From: Raja brachyura
Taxonomy: Eukaryota
Assembly (NCBI GenBank): GCA_963514005.1
Contig: OY740816.1
Location: forward strand, 17,980,001-18,044,000
Direction: 5' to 3'
DNA length: 64,000 nucleotides
The notes under the pieces are model-generated. The model searched no databases, was not told the origin of the DNA, and saw only the letters and a program-made list of their open reading frames with translations. Both the position numbers and the translations under genes were made by a program. Below, in pieces: positions 52,157 to 64,000 of the stretch. Position 1 is the stretch's first letter. Each line of letters begins with the position of its first letter.

Positions 52157-53574
52157 GATATGGGGAAAAAGCAGGAATGGGGTACTGATTTTGGATGATC
52201 AGCCATGATCATATTGAATGGCGGTGTTGGCTCGAATAGTTAATTAAAAATCAACACTTTAGCGTTGCTTATTTTTTGTAGGCTTTGTTAGCATGGATGT
52301 GGATTTACAGGGAGATACAGAAAGGATATAGGCCTTTCGGTCTATGGAGTCGCTGCTGACCATCAAACACCATGTGGTGTGACGTACACTTTTCACCTTC
52401 ATGATTTCACTCTTATTGACTTTCTTGAAGAAATTATTATTTCGCTCTCTCTTTTCCAAGATTCTACCATTTGAGCGCATTCAATAAAAAACGAATGGAA
52501 GATTCGATTTAGGCATTAGAACAATTACTGGATTTCACCAAGAAAACAAGTCAGAAACAGCCAACTCATTTCAAAACTCTTAATCCCAATTTATGATGGG
52601 TATGTACGAATTTCCTGTGAAGAAAGACAACTTAACAATAGACTACTGGCAAGGATAGTCAAGGTGAAGCCACTTCACCATTTTTGACCTTCCACTGACT
52701 CTTAAGTTCCAATGCTTTGTTTGACATCTGAGTTTTAAATGAGCCGTAATTCCCTACATTCAAATAAGCCTAGCTAATGCTTCCATTTACCGTCCTGTAA
52801 CTGAACCAGATCATTCATAATCATAGTGTCATATTTGACTAATAAAAGCATGCAACTCGACTTCTGTTTAAATTTGGGAACTTTGCCAGAATAAATCTAT
52901 CTCTGCTTGTTCGCAAAACCCTCCAATAATTTTTTGTTACCATGTGATTTGACTATTCCCACGCAGTCTTGGTCTAGCTTTCTTGCCCATCTGTTAACTC
53001 TGTTCACTGCCTTTTCATTACGGCATTAAAAGTAATAGTGTTGTATCTCCCTAATCCTTGATCTCTGATTTTGCAGTGCTCCAGTATATTTACTTTCCCC
53101 AAATTCCTTCAAGTTGATCGTTCTCCATTATCGTCTGTGCTTTCAGCTTCCAAAGGGTCACACACTGTAGTTCCCTCGTTAAACCTCTCGACCTGTTGAC
53201 TATTTTCTCTCTTAATCGACTTCTGATATTAAATATTTAGTTATTTGTCACATAACGACTTGAGTATACTTTAAAGTATTAATTACAGACACTCTGCCGT
53301 TTGGCCATCACTCCTTTTATCCTTCATGTTCACATAAGCTTGTTACTGGTCTTGAATATATTTAATGAATCCACATCTACAACTCTTAGATAAAGAATTC
53401 CCCAAATTTGCAAACCTGCCAAAGCAATTCTTCTTCCTCCAATTCTGATTTGAAATAATTACCCTCATCTTTGAATAATTACACCTGGTTCGACACATCT
53501 CTGCCAGGGATTGCACCTTTTAGTCTGTCCAGGTCTGTCAGAATCTTATTGCCAGCAGAGGCTGCATATAATTA

Positions 53575-53666
53575 CTGAAGAAGGGTTTCGGCCCGAAAAG
53601 TTGCCTATTTCCTTCGCTCCATAGATGCTGCTGCACCTGCTGAGTTTCTCCAGCACTTTTGTGTAC
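53575..53666 (+). mobile_element. 92-bp Penelope-derived insertion starting at the hammerhead core
   Basis: Exact 13-bp TSD ctgcatataatta at 53562-53574 and 53667-53679; insert begins CTGAAGAAGGGTTTCGGCCCGAAA. Confidence 0.88.
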
Positions 53667-55021
53667 CTGCATATAATTATGTTGATATTGCGTTTTGGAC
53701 AATCCAGATGTACCTATATTAGAACCATGTAGGTCTTAAAGTGAACAATGTACATTTCTCATTTATAATTATCTTTTCAATCTTGAAGTTCAATTAAGTC
53801 ATTCTCCTGAATATAAACATTGAGGGGGTGTTTTGTGAACCAATGGTTTCCAGGTGTATTTTCTTGCTCTTTTCCTCCATATCTTATTTTATTCTTGCCT
53901 GATTCTTATCTTTTTTTCCCCTCTCATTGGACATCAACACTTTGGCTCCGATTCACCACTTCCTGATACACTTGTTACATTTCCCCTATCCATTTGATCA
54001 AGTGTAGAAGAAAGAGGCTCAGGTTAAAAACAACATTTTTTGAAAATTTAGACCTGTGTGTGGTTAAAATATATTTAAATAAAAAACAGGTTTGCATTTA
54101 TATGACACCTCTTGCATTAGTTTCATGATGTCCTAAAGTACCTCACCAAGTATCCTTGAAGTATTGTCATGGTGTAATAGAGAAATTGTGTATTCACTTT
54201 TCACTTCCACAAAATGGAAGTTGGTCATGATCCTATAATCAGAACAAGTCACAGCCTAATGGAATACTTCAGATTTTGCTCGTTCATCAAGCAAGACGCC
54301 TGTGAAACTGTCAGCCATTAAAGAGTTGTTAATATTTATGTAGTGAAAAGGTGATTAATATGAGAAACTGCATCCATTGTCTGTTGTAAAATGACAGTCT
54401 GCTTTGAGTTAACTACCAAAACTATGTTTTACATCTTTGTTCCTTAAATATGGCTGCTTTTCCATTCCCTTTGGCTTCCAAATTGTCAGAGGCTTAATAT
54501 CCAGACGTCCTTCCTAAACCAGTTACTTCCCTTGCACCCTGCTTTTAAAAGCTGATTCTTTGATTAATCTTTTGCCATATTTTCTAACACAACCCTTGAG
54601 CGTTGTCCAATATGTTTCTCATTAAGCTTCATAGACGTATGTTCAAATATGTTACTCGGTTAAAATTGTAAGAGAAAGATGTAAATTGTTGCTTTGAACT
54701 TAAGAATATACATCACAAGATGGTATTTACCATCTGGAAATATTTTTTATCCATGCATGTTCTTGGAAATTGAAAGTAAATGCTATATCCTCAGGATTGG
54801 CTATTGTACGTGTTTTATACTTGCCTATTGTTACAAGTATTCATGGTCAAAGATGCTTTTCCCAAATATTTTAACACGGTCTGCTAATGTAAAGAGGAAA
54901 TTGATGTAAGTGGGATGGAGGTGATTGCATCTTTTGATATTTGGAGTCGCACCTGGCAGCGTAGATAAAGCACTTAAATAAATTACCACCCTCTGCTTAG
55001 TTTTGTTCGGTGTGTGTGTGT

Positions 55022-55550
55022 ATCTATATTATTATAGATCTTGATCTTGGATGTTTGCTTGCTTGAACTTTTTCTTTGATTCACATCTCGAAAAACCGAC
55101 GCGGTAACGGTGACAGTTTTACAGCTTCCGGTGGAGATTTACCTCATGGTTTCAAAAATCCCCTCATCTGAAAATGTGATTCATTATTTCCTGAGATTTT
55201 TACTAAAACTGTTCATCAATCTGACGTTTTTTAAATCTGACGTGCTGAAGCGAGCTGGGTGATGTCACTATGCCTCTGCTCCTCGCGGCAACCTGCGCAG
55301 AATTTTCAATGCGCAGCCCCACTGTTTTCTACCGGCTGTGAGTTACATGGCCCATTGCCATGTTACATTGCCGCGGAATTATTGAACAATCATCTTTGCT
55401 GCGTAATGTCTAAAGCTTGGTGCCCCTGTGCAGAGTTGGATCATTGGGGAGGCAATGGTGGAAAGAAAGAACCCATGTCTTATCAGCATCCACTTTACTA
55501 TTGTAAACTTCAGGGGACTGCTTTAACCCCTGTGGGCCAACCTTCTGTAT
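55022..55550 (+). mobile_element. possible non-autonomous Helitron-like element
   Basis: Begins a|TCtatattattata, CpG-richer body, GC-rich patch near the end; no clean CTAG terminus. Confidence 0.35.
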
Positions 55551-56582
55551 ACAATATAAATTGAGTTTGCACTTGAAACCTGTGATGTGACGCAAGCAAT
55601 TGGTTTAATTGTGATTCTATTAATCTACACTGCAATATGATGTAATACATACCTTGTTAATGGAAATATTAAATAAACAGTAATGTACCAAGGGACATTA
55701 ACTTTTGCATAGCATTTGAAAAATTGTCTTTTCATTTGATCAGCATCTGGAAGGAAGCAATGAAAAATATAGTTAACCAGATACAGTGCCTTAATGCCTA
55801 TTTCATGCTCTTATAAGATACTGTTCATGTTGTGAATTGAAGTTGTATAATTGCCAGCTTTAGCTTGATTTAGTTTGTGGGGGTTAAGGTGACGAGGGAG
55901 GTCAAACTTAAAGGCATGGGGTAGTAGGCTCGTCTTATTACAGAACATCTATTGAACATAAGATGCATGTTGTCTGAAACCAACCAGTTCCTCATTGTAG
56001 GGGGAAAATGGCAGATGAACCACTATGATCCACTCGGTGCCATTAGTTTGCACAACCTAGAAATGAATTGCCTGTGATTAATGGAGATATAGATGACTTT
56101 ATTCTGCAGGGGCACCATCAAATGGCAAGGATATACCTGATCAAGAAGTACAAATTCCATCTTCAATTGTAGCCATACCTGTGATCCGATAATTGTCTCC
56201 AGTGAAATGCTGTGGGCAAACTGGAAATGAATGTGCAAGGTTATGGAAACATAACTCGGATCTCCTGGTAAAATCTTCAACTGGTCAAAAACTGGTAGCA
56301 TATCATATGCCTCTCCTTTAGGCTGCAGATGGAAAGATGATAAAACAAAGGAAATCGATGAAAATACTTAACAAACAGCAGTTTTTTTTAATAAAATTCC
56401 CAATCTACAACAAAAACCTATAGATTTATTTTGTTGCAAACACAACTCCTGTCGTACTTTGTGCAAGGAGGTCCTCTGTTAGAGTTTTTTTAAGTAATCA
56501 TCTGGAGCTCTTGTGTGTATAGTATAGTTTAGATTTAGTTGTCCATCAGGCAGCACATCTCAATTTCAACTCTCTTCTGCAG

Positions 56583-56644
56583 AGGTGCCACCTAAAACCA
56601 AACATGGCAGCCACAAGAGTCGCTCTGGACGGGAGCAAAAGAAG
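56583..56644 (+). CDS. BRD4: BRD4 first long-isoform-specific exon (EVPPKTKHGSHKSRSGREQKK)
   Basis: tcttctgcag|AG acceptor, AAG|gtagga donor, 62 bp, phase 1-0; matches human EMAPKSKKKGHPGREQKK. Confidence 0.92.
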
Positions 56645-58982
56645 GTAGGAATGAACATTGGTCTGAGACACTGTGCTGTTTGTTTACTGGTGGGGGTGGC
56701 TTGGGTTTTGAGCATTTCTTCATATGCCGCTTAAAATAAACTAAACATATTTCAGACTCCTTCCTCTGGTATTTCTTTCTTCCACCTCTCCTGTCCCAGC
56801 ATGTTAATGATTCTGCAACCTTGACCTGTTTTATTTGAAAGACAACCAACCAACACAACTTAATATATTTTAAAACTGTATTTGCAAGTTTCCTGAAAAC
56901 TGTTTTGTGTTGATATATGTCTGGATGGAGGGTATTAAAAGCATGATCCAGCCATTTGCCTTTCTGCCTAAGTAACAATAAGGTTCGTAACTTTTTACTA
57001 GCAGGAAATAGCTGCACAGCTCGAGACCTTGAAAGATCCCAGATAAATTTCTCCCAGAAGCTGCCCATAATCTCAGCAACTTCTGCTTGGCTGATTAGTA
57101 GATGTTTTACTGGAGATTCCTTCATTCCTTCCTATGCACCACTCAGTTCTCCTTGATGTCCTTTTGAACTGGCTGTCAATTTTTTTTTTAGTTTGAGCCA
57201 TTAATGATGCAGAAACTAAATGTGGTAGAAAATAACGGAAAACACTGGGCTGAAAGTGCACTTTTGTATTTGGTAGGAAGAAAGTTGTCTCCCTCCAACA
57301 CAAAAAATAGCAAAAAATTGAAATTAATGATAATTTGCTAGGAAGTGTACAAAATAAGAAAGGATTTGCTATTTGTATCATGGCCAAAGGTCAAGCTCAA
57401 TAAATGTTAAGTTTCCAAGTAAAACTTCAAATAAACATGTTTGAGATGTCCCAAGTTTTCACCGCATGGCATTTTTGAATTCTATCCAAAATCCAGAATT
57501 CAGAACATTTTGAAATTGTATTGCTTGCATTCTTTTGTGCTGTCATTTATTTAGGTCAGAATAGCAATTGTTTGCTTAGACATTTTCTTATTGCTCTTAT
57601 CCACAATAACCTTTGTTAATCTTAGTCCCCAGAGCTCTAAGCCCACCCCCTCCCAAGAAGTCTTTAGGGGAAGCAGTTACTAGTTTTAGCAGTACTTTAA
57701 AAATATCTCTGAAATGGCCTTGCTTTCATTATTAACAAATACCTCCTGGTTCTTGATTACTGCAGCAGAATTACTTCTTATAACATTTTTAAACTGCCTA
57801 ATGCGATCACTACTACATCTTCTGTGCACAAAGTTAAGAATCACTCCTGTAGTTATCATTGTAGAGGACACAGATCTGGTGGAATGTATCGTATCCACAA
57901 AATGTATTGTAAAGGCTTGATTTTAAAAGTTCCATTATAATACAAGTTCAATACCTTAATATTTCCAATCTACGACTCGACTGAGAGCTAGGTGCTCCTT
58001 TTTTCTTCTTCTTAAGAATTATTTTATTACTGCACGAGGGTCTCACAAACTCCCGACATTTGGATCCTGTGCAGTTAATTCATTGCTGTAAGAAATTCAA
58101 CAGACTGGCAGAAACTGCTAGCTAATGAGTGGTTCTCTGTGCTCCTGAACGTAATTAGGAATGTTTCATTTAGTGTTGGCTGTGCAAGACCTGTCCAATT
58201 GGCACTTTGATTGAAGAGTGGTGGGATGGGTTGTCAGGGAGATGGATGGAAATAATAGCACAGTGAAATATTATTTTGCATGTTGTTACTCAATGATTCT
58301 TACGTTGGACAGGTGTTAAGAATCTTCTCGACTGAGTCAACAGCTTCTTTCCTTCCCAACCTAACACATTTTTCCGTCCTCTTTCCTGAAGGATGTTGAT
58401 TTAGAACATAAACTCTGAGGTATAATGTTCTCTCTTCTCACAACATTCAAGACCAGAAGGGAGAAAATTAATGTCATTGTCACAGTGGCTCATGTTCTAG
58501 TTCATTTTTATAACTGAGTTTCAGACTGCTTTTCCAATATAATTCTATCAAAGGCTACCATAGCAATGTCTCAGCATGCAGTTCACAATGGTCTGACCAT
58601 GTAAGGTTGTGGAATTGTATTTTGCACTAGGCTGTTAGAATTGAGAAGTCGATCTGATTCTTCGGACTTGTAGTTATTCCAGGTTCATTATTTTAGTTGT
58701 GAAGATGGAAGCCAGTTCTATCTACTTTAGAAGCTGGAAGACTTGGAAAAACTGGAGTGAGGTTGTGCTTTCTGGATCACTTGAACGTGCCGACATCTGG
58801 CTCTGTGGACTGGGTGAAAATTAGTTCCAAATATTGGAAGGTTCGAGAGAAAATTGGCAAGGAAATTAGAAAAGAAATGTTAGGAAAATGCATTCAGCAT
58901 AAATCCAAATGCATACATTAAAATAGCATGTTTTTTAAAACAAAAACTTAACTTTAATGAATTGTTATTTTTTTCTCTGCAG

Positions 58983-59223
58983 CAACATCACCACCACCAT
59001 CAGCTTCCACAGCCGATGAAGCAATCACCTCCACAGTTTGTACCTACTCCCCTTCCAATCATGGAGCCACAGATATTGACCAATGCCTATGATGCCATGC
59101 CGCACTTTGGACAACCCATGATGCACCTTCCTCACCAAAGCGAGCTGCAGACGCATTTGCCGCCACCACCCGAACAGCATTCGCCCCCTCACCTCACCCA
59201 GCATTCGGTGGTGTCTCCACCAG
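58983..59223 (+). CDS. BRD4: BRD4 exon, His-tract / Pro-rich IDR (QHHHHHQLPQPMKQSPPQF...HLTQHSVVSPP)
   Basis: ttctctgcag|CAA acceptor, CAG|gtgtgt donor, 241 bp, phase 0-1. Confidence 0.95.
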
Positions 59224-60379
59224 GTGTGTGGCTAGCATACAGCCTTTTAGTGAGGTCTAGCACCTGAGAAACCTTCTGGAAATTGTATAGAATCTATACA
59301 TTTTTCCTCTAGGTTTCACTGAAATTATATGTTGAGTAATTTTTATTCTGAGCAAAACACACAGTGCTGGAGGAATCCAGCTGATCAGAAGGGAATGCTG
59401 CCTGATCTACTGAGTTCCAAAAGCATTTGATTTTTTCTTAAGATTTCAGCATCTAGTTTTATGTCTTAATCTTTATACTGTGTACTCTGCTTAAAAGATC
59501 ACAAGGTTTAAAGTATCTTGTGGTTTCCACCAGTGTATTGAATAAATGTTACCATAATATTGAACCTCCATCCTTCCCTTCGGTCTACCATCCTGCTGTA
59601 TCTCATTGCCATTCACCAAGACCAGCCAAATTCCCAAACGCATGAAGAGATGTGCTTATTAATGTTTAATTCTGCTGTTGATGTGGCTTGCAAAATGGAT
59701 GGAGTGGTAATGATGGAAAACCTTTAGCAAATAAACAGAAAACCCATAGAGTTGATTAAAAAGGGCTGAGTTTTGTCGGGATGTGTAAAATGGTTGAGGA
59801 AATGCAAATGGTGTGTGCCACCTTCCAAATATTTGATTGCGAATGTTGGGGTGGGGCGGGTGGGGATGTGTACTGCTGGTGATGGGTACATTTTGTGCTG
59901 GTCAAGAAATCATTCAATGATTGGAATACAGTTATGTACAGTTTTACTGGTCAATGATTGGAATACAGTTTTGAAATTGATAAGTGAAGGTGCCAATATT
60001 TCGGGAGCAAATAATAAGAGGAGAAAATGAAGACACTAAAGGATGACTAGGCAGTGCTTTTTGTTTAGTGACTGTATGGCATGCCAGCATCTCTAAAACG
60101 TTTAAAGTGTAGATTGATGTACAGCAGCCAATAGCTTTGCGTGAACTGTTATATGAGTACCAGTATATTTTTGTCTATATTAAAAGCACTGGAATAATTC
60201 AGCAGGTTAGGTGGCATCCATTTAAGAGAGCTCCATTTAAGAGTGTTTTATTGTTATATGACCCTTAAACGAAACAATTAAATTCTTACGTGCATCAACA
60301 CCATAACAGCTTTGTAAATGCAGTACTCAGTAGATAAGACAAGAAATTGACAAAAAAAAAGTTCAATAAATAACAAAAA

Positions 60380-60570
60380 TAAAAGGACATGGATAGGCGA
60401 TATCTCAGGTTGGAACTCTCCTTCAGACTCTTTTTCGAGTCGGGGCCCTTCTTCAGACATCCTGACCTGAAATGTGATTTATTTATCCACTCCAGAGACG
60501 CTACCTGACCCACTGAGTTACTCCAACACTTTGTGTTTTCCTTACGATTCCAGCATTGTAGTTCCTTGTG
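60380..60570. mobile_element. degenerate Penelope-derived element
   Basis: cccttcttcagac...cctgaaatgtga...ctgagttactcc motifs. Confidence 0.65.
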
Positions 60571-60676
60571 ATCTAAGCACTGACTATAGGTGTGCGGTTT
60601 GGTTATACATATCAATATTTGCCTTGCAACGTTCTGCTGTATGTTGAAAGTAATATTTTTGTTTTCTTTTTTTTAG

Positions 60677-61270
60677 CCTTGCACAGTAGTTTGCCTCAAC
60701 AGCCATCCAGACCCAGTGGTAAAGCGGCACCATTACCTCCCAAACAGCCTCGTCCTCTTGCACAGTCCCCGCCCATGGTCCCACAGCCTATATTACAGCC
60801 CCCACAGATGACTCAGCCGCCAGCTATTCTAGAAGAGGAAGAACTACCATCTCATCTCTCGATCCCCCTACATACTTCTCAGGTGCACCTGTATCTGCAG
60901 CAGCTCCAAAAGGCCCAGAGTCACACCCCGCTTCTCTCAACGGTCCAGACTGCGTCCCTGCCACAGCCTCTGCCCCTGCCCCAGACGATCCTCAGCCAAC
61001 CCCAGGTATCTCACGCACAGCCCCAACCTCCACCCCACATTCAGGCTGTGCCACATCCCCAGCCTCAGCCTCTTTCCCAACAGCAGGTACAACAGCAGCA
61101 GCAGCAGCAGCAGCAACAGCCGAGGCCACTTCACATGCAGCCCATGCAGTTTCCACCACACATCCAGCACCCGCAGCCTCCCCACCAACCTCCCCCGCAG
61201 GCGAAACCCCAGCAAGTCATTCAGCATCACCACTCCCCACGGCAGCCAAAACCTGATCCCTACTCCACAG
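60677..61270 (+). CDS. BRD4: BRD4 exon, large Pro/Gln-rich IDR ([14 protein letters not shown]...[20 protein letters not shown])
   Basis: ttttttag|CC acceptor, CAG|gtaagg donor, 594 bp, phase 1-1; includes a Q10 tract at 61090-61119. Confidence 0.96.
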
Positions 61271-61659
61271 GTAAGGAGTCTTAAAAAAACATCGCTCTCT
61301 TACTCTGTCATTTATGCAGCAAATCAAATAATCCTTGATTTACAAAAGGGATGAATTCCAGGGAAATATTTTGTTAAGCAAGATTTTACAAATCGTGAAG
61401 ATTTTTCAGAATAATTTACAGCTAAAAAATTCAAGTGGGTTCCAGAACTAAAAAATGTTTGGTCCAAAACAGGCCTAACTACATAATCGTAAAGTAGTAT
61501 TTGAAATGATAAAATTTCATTGAAATAATAGTTCAATTTGAAGTTAAAAAAATCAATGATGCACCTCTTGATAAACTCATTAAACAATAATTTTCTAAGC
61601 AGTCCATTTTCACTCAAATGAACATGTAAAATTTCTTGATGTTTTGAAGAAATTGAAGA

Positions 61660-62000
61660 ATAAGACACTGGAAAGAATTAGGCCATTCGGCCCATTGAGT
61701 CTACTCCGCTATTCGATATATTTTTCCTTCTCAAACCCATTCTCCTGCCTTCTCCCTGTAATCTTTGACACCTTTCCTAATCAAGAACATATCAATCTCC
61801 GCTTTAGAAGTGCCCAATGGCGGCCTCCACAGCATCTGTGGCAATGAATTCCGCGGATTCACCACCTTCTGGCTAAAGAAATACCTCCAACTTCATTCCA
61901 AACTTATTTTGATTTTAATGCGAAGCTTTTCCCATGGGTTCTGCACTCTCCCACTAATGGAAACATCCTTTCCACGTCCACTCTATGCCTTTCAAAAGCC
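61660..62000 (-). mobile_element. CR1 LINE 3' end
   Basis: taggccattcggccca...ggcctccacagcatctgtggcaatgaattcc is the reverse of a CR1 tail. Confidence 0.78.
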
Positions 62001-62196
62001 CATTGATCTGGTAAATATTTACCCGTCAACTACTTTGAAAAAATGTCTCATCATAACAACTGTGCATAAAAAAAGTGCCAACTTTTTTTTTTAAGTTGCA
62101 AAGTTCTTGGGAAATTCTGAAGGTACAAAAAGTGCTAGATTAAATTTCCTTTGGTGGAAAATTGTGGTTTTAATTTTTCTTGCTTGCTTTTCACAG

Positions 62197-62303
62197 CTCA
62201 TATGGCAGATGTGTCTTCTCCGCTCCTGATGCATTCCCCACCACTGCCACAATTTCCATCCCTTGTCCAGTCACCACCAAGAAATGTACAGACTAAAAAA
62301 CAG
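62197..62303 (+). CDS. BRD4: BRD4 exon (AHMADVSSPLLMHSPPLPQFPSLVQSPPRNVQTKKQ)
   Basis: tttcacag|CT acceptor, CAG|gtaaaa donor, 107 bp, phase 1-0; matches human HLREAPSPLMIHSPQ...NVQPKKQ. Confidence 0.94.
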
Positions 62304-64000
62304 GTAAAAAGCATATTTTCCATACAATGGGGCAAAGCATAGTCTATTCCAAGCAGGTTTAAATCGGAATTTCCGATTTTTTTTCTCCTAACAATGAATC
62401 AGATTTTTCCATTTTTTGTGCCCGATTTTGACACCGTTGGCAAGATTGTAAAATAAATTGGTGAGGGAAGATGAATCAGTGGAGGTACTGGTCTGGAGGC
62501 AGGCAAGCTTGTGATTCATGATGGGAGTCAGCAAGATCAGCCAATAGCAGGGGGGACACACACAATGCTCTTTGGTTGCTGCTGAGATCAGCCCGGTGGC
62601 GCCGTGTGAGCTGTGTCGGTGCCCGTTAGTCGGAGGGAACCGGAGTGGGTAAGACGCGGGGCCACGAACGGGTGCAGCGGCTGCCCCCTCCCCTTTCTGG
62701 TGATTTTCTGTTTATATTGGGAATTGTTGTTGTCATTGTTATTGGCAGGGGTTTTTATTTTTCTACCTTAGCGTTGTAGATGTGACTTCAGTGTATTGAC
62801 AGTTAAATGCCTTGCAGTATTGTGCATAATTATGCCTTGAGGTGGTACCTTTCTAAGGTGATGTGTAGGTTTTACTTTTGGCATCTCTACAAATACCTCA
62901 TTTAGAAATTCAGGAAACATTTTTTGTAAAGATTTTTTTGGCTTTATTTCATGAAATATTTATCATTTGGGGGCGATTTTACTGGCTATATGTTAGAATA
63001 AATTCTGTTATGTAAACTACCAGCAGAAAGCTTAGGAATTACTTTCTATTTATTGAAAATGCAGGAGCCCCCTGAACTCCCACCCTGCCCCTGGACCCCT
63101 CTGGGGGCCTAGCCGGCCTCTAGGAGCCCTGGACAATACTCACTACTTTTTTTTTCTGGAGGTGAATAAATTTGTGCCAAAGGCACAAATGTTTTTGAGT
63201 TTTCTGTGCACCTTCCTTGGGAGCCTTTAAATAAGCATCTACAAAAAGATTAGTGTTTGCAGGACATGGTGAAAAAACATTTGGTTAAACATATGCATCT
63301 AATAAAGTGAACTTTGCTGGGCATTTCAAAAAAACGACACTAATAATATGTCTACGCACACTTAGACTCGCATGAAGGTTTAGTGGCTAGCGATGAAGAG
63401 CAGGAACTTTGTCCAGTTTTAATTCCCCTGTCACTATTTGTGTTGAGATCGTCATAGACTTGAGATCAAGCCAGATGCCTTTACAATTTCACTTATTGTC
63501 CTAATCAGGGAATCTTTGAGAAGCATTGTTCATGAAGAATGTTCTCACACTATATATGATGAATGTTTGGTACAGCAACAGTCACAATATAATGAATTTA
63601 AGCTTGTGAATAGTTCAATGGATTCAGTTTGTCAAATTCAGCAACAGGGAATCGAACCAATTGAACGGTTGTTCTGGAAATTGACTCGTTCCTTTAAAAG
63701 TAATTTTTTCTCTTGTTCTCAAGTCCCCTGTGCAACTTCACCTGCATTTTCCCTAAAGCTGTTCTTTGATAATGAAGCCTTTATCAGAGGAAAATTCAAG
63801 TAATCGACAGGAAAGTGTGCATTCAATCTTTGTTAAATTTGGTGTAATTGTACGTATGAGTTTGCACAATACACTTTGCAGGCAACCTCTCATTTAACAG
63901 GGATTCCAGTTGAGAATTTATTTGAGGCAAATTGAAGTTTTGTGAATGTTATCATGACCCTGAAATTGTTAACGTGGAACTAAATATATAGTATGAGCTA

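Larger units (their letters stand above)
7470..62303 (+). other. BRD4: BRD4 gene, internal portion (10 coding exons; gene continues beyond both window ends)
   Basis: Exons join in one frame through GT-AG sites: BD2 C-half, NPS, BID, ET, SEED, then HHHHH / [17 protein letters not shown] / [18 protein letters not shown] motifs that are characteristic of the BRD4 long tail and not of BRD2/BRD3. Confidence 0.95.

Noticed and set aside
60937-61233. Antisense ORFs over BRD4 exons (also 11662-12015, 16616-16852, 35264-35566)
   Set aside because: Shadows of low-complexity sense coding sequence.

Overview
Vertebrate genomic DNA, most likely a cartilaginous fish (skate/ray-type repeats: HE1-like V-SINEs, CR1/HER1 and Rex1/Babar LINE fragments, Penelope-derived foldback elements). 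The whole window is the interior of one + strand gene, the BET-family chromatin reader BRD4. Ten in-phase GT-AG coding exons run from the C-terminal half of bromodomain 2 through the NPS, BID and ET regions, the SEED exon and the His/Pro/Gln-rich tail; start and stop codons of the long form lie outside the window. Most notable observations: (1) a 120-bp symmetric exon after the ET domain, absent from the ORF track, that matches the coiled-coil exon of BRD2/BRD3/BRDT which mammalian BRD4 lacks; (2) an in-frame stop directly behind the SEED-exon donor, followed by a transposon-poor, 3'UTR-like region, suggesting a short BRD4 isoform ending SETG*; (3) about a dozen short Penelope-derived insertions with target-site duplications that carry a minimal hammerhead-ribozyme core; (4) a 42-bp direct repeat flanking the SEED exon whose upstream copy has a perfect 14-bp foldback arm able to pair with either copy. 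Comparisons with human paralogues are from recalled sequences, not database searches; repeat boundaries are approximate unless a TSD/TIR is given.
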